Source: Thermoproteota archaeon (GTDB taxonomy: Archaea > Korarchaeota > Korarchaeia > Korarchaeales > Korarchaeaceae). From it: a DNA stretch of 34,555 bases. The DNA is taken from contig JAOZFN010000007.1 in assembly GCA_027492205.1 (NCBI GenBank), positions 76,271-110,825 on the forward strand. The letters run 5' to 3'. Every line of letters begins with the position of its first letter. The stretch's first letter is position 1. The position numbers and the translations under genes were made by a program. The notes beneath the pieces were generated by a model. It did no database searches. It saw only the letters and a program-made list of their open reading frames with translations, and was not told the DNA's origin. Positions 32,931 to 34,555 of the stretch are shown here, piece after piece.

Positions 32931-34555
32931 TTACTCTCCAAAGCCCCGATTCCAGCCTCCTGCAAATAGCGCCAGTAGGTACTCCCTGTACTCTTCAAAG
33001 TCGTTTGTCCAGTGGAGGGGAATCAAGATACTCCCGCCGCTTCCGTAGGATATCCGGATGAACCCATCATCTATCTCGCCTCTCCGGAGCTCCATGGCCA
33101 GGATGTAGCCCTCCTCCGGATCCAGCGATATCTCTATGGGAGTCCCCTCCCCCTCGTCTGAGATCCCGCCTCTGAGATTCACGAGGAACCACTCAACAAA
33201 CTCGGTGTCCACCCCCTCTGGGGTTAGCGTAACGTTGAGCGGGTCCTCTCCGGCATCATGGAGGTAGAGTGATGTCCACGCCGTCTCGCGGCCCTCTGGG
33301 CTATATATCACAATTGAGTCTGGCCACACGATGAGACCCCTCTCCTGAGACCCCTCTCCAGGAGGATTTAGGTCCCCCCACCCCTGCCCGTTGACCCTCA
33401 GGTAGGAGGTGCAGCCTGACAAGTGAAGCGTACCTCCCCCGGGACCATGAGCGAACGTGGCAGATACCCTATGCAGCTTTGCTATCGCTATCTCGTCCCC
33501 GTATCCGCTGCCGGACCAGCTCTTAACGGTCTGACCATCCACCGTCAGATGGCCGGATCCGCTGTAGACCGTGAGGTTCAGCCACAGGCTGCTCGAGGGA
33601 CTGTCGGCCGGGGCCGACAGCACGGTCGAGACTGGAGTCGTCGGGAGAAGCTCCGTGCCGTCTAGTTTGAGAGAATTGACCCAGCTGGTACGCTCTACGG
33701 AGGCTATCGAGACGTGATCATCCTCAATACTCATGGTGGTCGTTCCTCCAGAGTTGGGCCACGCCAGGCCGATCCTCACCAAGTCTCCCGCCTTGAGTCC
33801 AACTAGGCCACTCCCATGGCCCGTGTAGGTGGTGATGAAGGGACCATCGTACGCGAACGTGATGTCGCCTCCGAACTCCATGTCAAATGTTCCCGAAAAG
33901 TCGAGCTCAAAGTTCACCAAGCAGGCTGAGTTCTCGAGAGAATCGGCCGCTGTGGGGGTTGGAAACTCAAAGTTTCTTCCATAGTCAGGGAGATTAAGCA
34001 TCATGCACTTGGCGGTCGAGGGAGCCGTCACAGCTACACCTCCGCTCCACCCCTCAACGTCAAAGTCTGAGAGGTGGTATATGCCACCCTGGGCGGGAGT
34101 GGACTCCATGTAGTGCCAGCTAACCTTATTGTCCTCCAAATTCACATTCACCCACGTCCCGTGGGACTTGGGTTCGAACGTTAGGTTGACATCCGCTTGG
34201 AACCCGGAGACCCTAGAGATTAGTATGCTGCTCTTGCAGTACGGGAAGTCGTCTGGATTGTAGGTCTCGCCATTTATGGTGAACGTGTCAACCCAGTCCA
34301 TCCAAACGCTTACGTAGCTGCTGTGGGCGTATACATAGCCCCATCCCCCACTCGAGGCTATGCTGAAGGTTACCTCATCGCCGGGGTTAATTCGTATCTC
34401 CTCACGGGGCCACCACCTCTCTATGCATACGAGCGCCCCCTGCTCAGCTGTGAAGCTAACCTGACCAGAGACTTCATAATCAACACCCGTGAACTGTGAG
34501 GTGTATACCGTTATATTGCCGCCAGATGAGCATCCGCCTCCTCCGCCTCCTCCGC
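32931..34555 (-). CDS. large beta-rich extracellular/adhesin-like protein, 5' part outside window
   Basis: The frame stays open from 34301 to the window edge (GGGGGGGCSSGGNITVYTSQF...); Ser/Thr/Gly-rich; last gene end of the same-strand run lies at 30259. Confidence 0.7.
   Translation of the reverse strand, partial: GGGGGGGCSSGGNITVYTSQFTGVDYEVSGQVSFTAEQGALVCIERWWPREEIRINPGDEVTFSIASSGGWGYVYAHSSYVSVWMDWVDTFTINGETYNPDDFPYCKSSILISRVSGFQADVNLTFEPKSHGTWVNVNLEDNKVSWHYMESTPAQGGIYHLSDFDVEGWSGGVAVTAPSTAKCMMLNLPDYGRNFEFPTPTAADSLENSACLVNFELDFSGTFDMEFGGDITFAYDGPFITTYTGHGSGLVGLKAGDLVRIGLAWPNSGGTTTMSIEDDHVSIASVERTSWVNSLKLDGTELLPTTPVSTVLSAPADSPSSSLWLNLTVYSGSGHLTVDGQTVKSWSGSGYGDEIAIAKLHRVSATFAHGPGGGTLHLSGCTSYLRVNGQGWGDLNPPGEGSQERGLIVWPDSIVIYSPEGRETAWTSLYLHDAGEDPLNVTLTPEGVDTEFVEWFLVNLRGGISDEGEGTPIEISLDPEEGYILAMELRRGEIDDGFIRISYGSGGSILIPLHWTNDFEEYREYLLALFAGGWNRGFGE

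Overview
GC-rich archaeal chromosomal window, probably Thermoproteota/TACK (crenarchaeal-type single-OB SSB, SmsCB, strong GGTGA Shine-Dalgarno sites, many TTG/GTG starts). Bases 1-24100 hold housekeeping genes (glyA, argS, ssb, class I fumarase, aminotransferase). They also hold a dense metallo-enzyme maturation neighbourhood around a Tat-exported Psr/Sre-type molybdoenzyme operon: SmsCB, Mrp, MobA, a MobB-like protein, a polyferredoxin, TorD, DtxR-FeoAB with a visible operator, and TatA/TatC. Bases 24100-34555 are an accessory surface-biology region: an orphan PqqD/RRE gene (probable CTG start), a 1318-aa secreted gingipain-like (C25) protein with mosaic 162-bp repeats, and an A24 prepilin peptidase followed by a diverged copy of its own C-terminus. 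A cluster of pilin-like genes follows that appear to lack class III leader peptides. No rRNA, tRNA, CRISPR array, integrase or transposase was recognised. All calls are by eye from motifs; no database searches were run.
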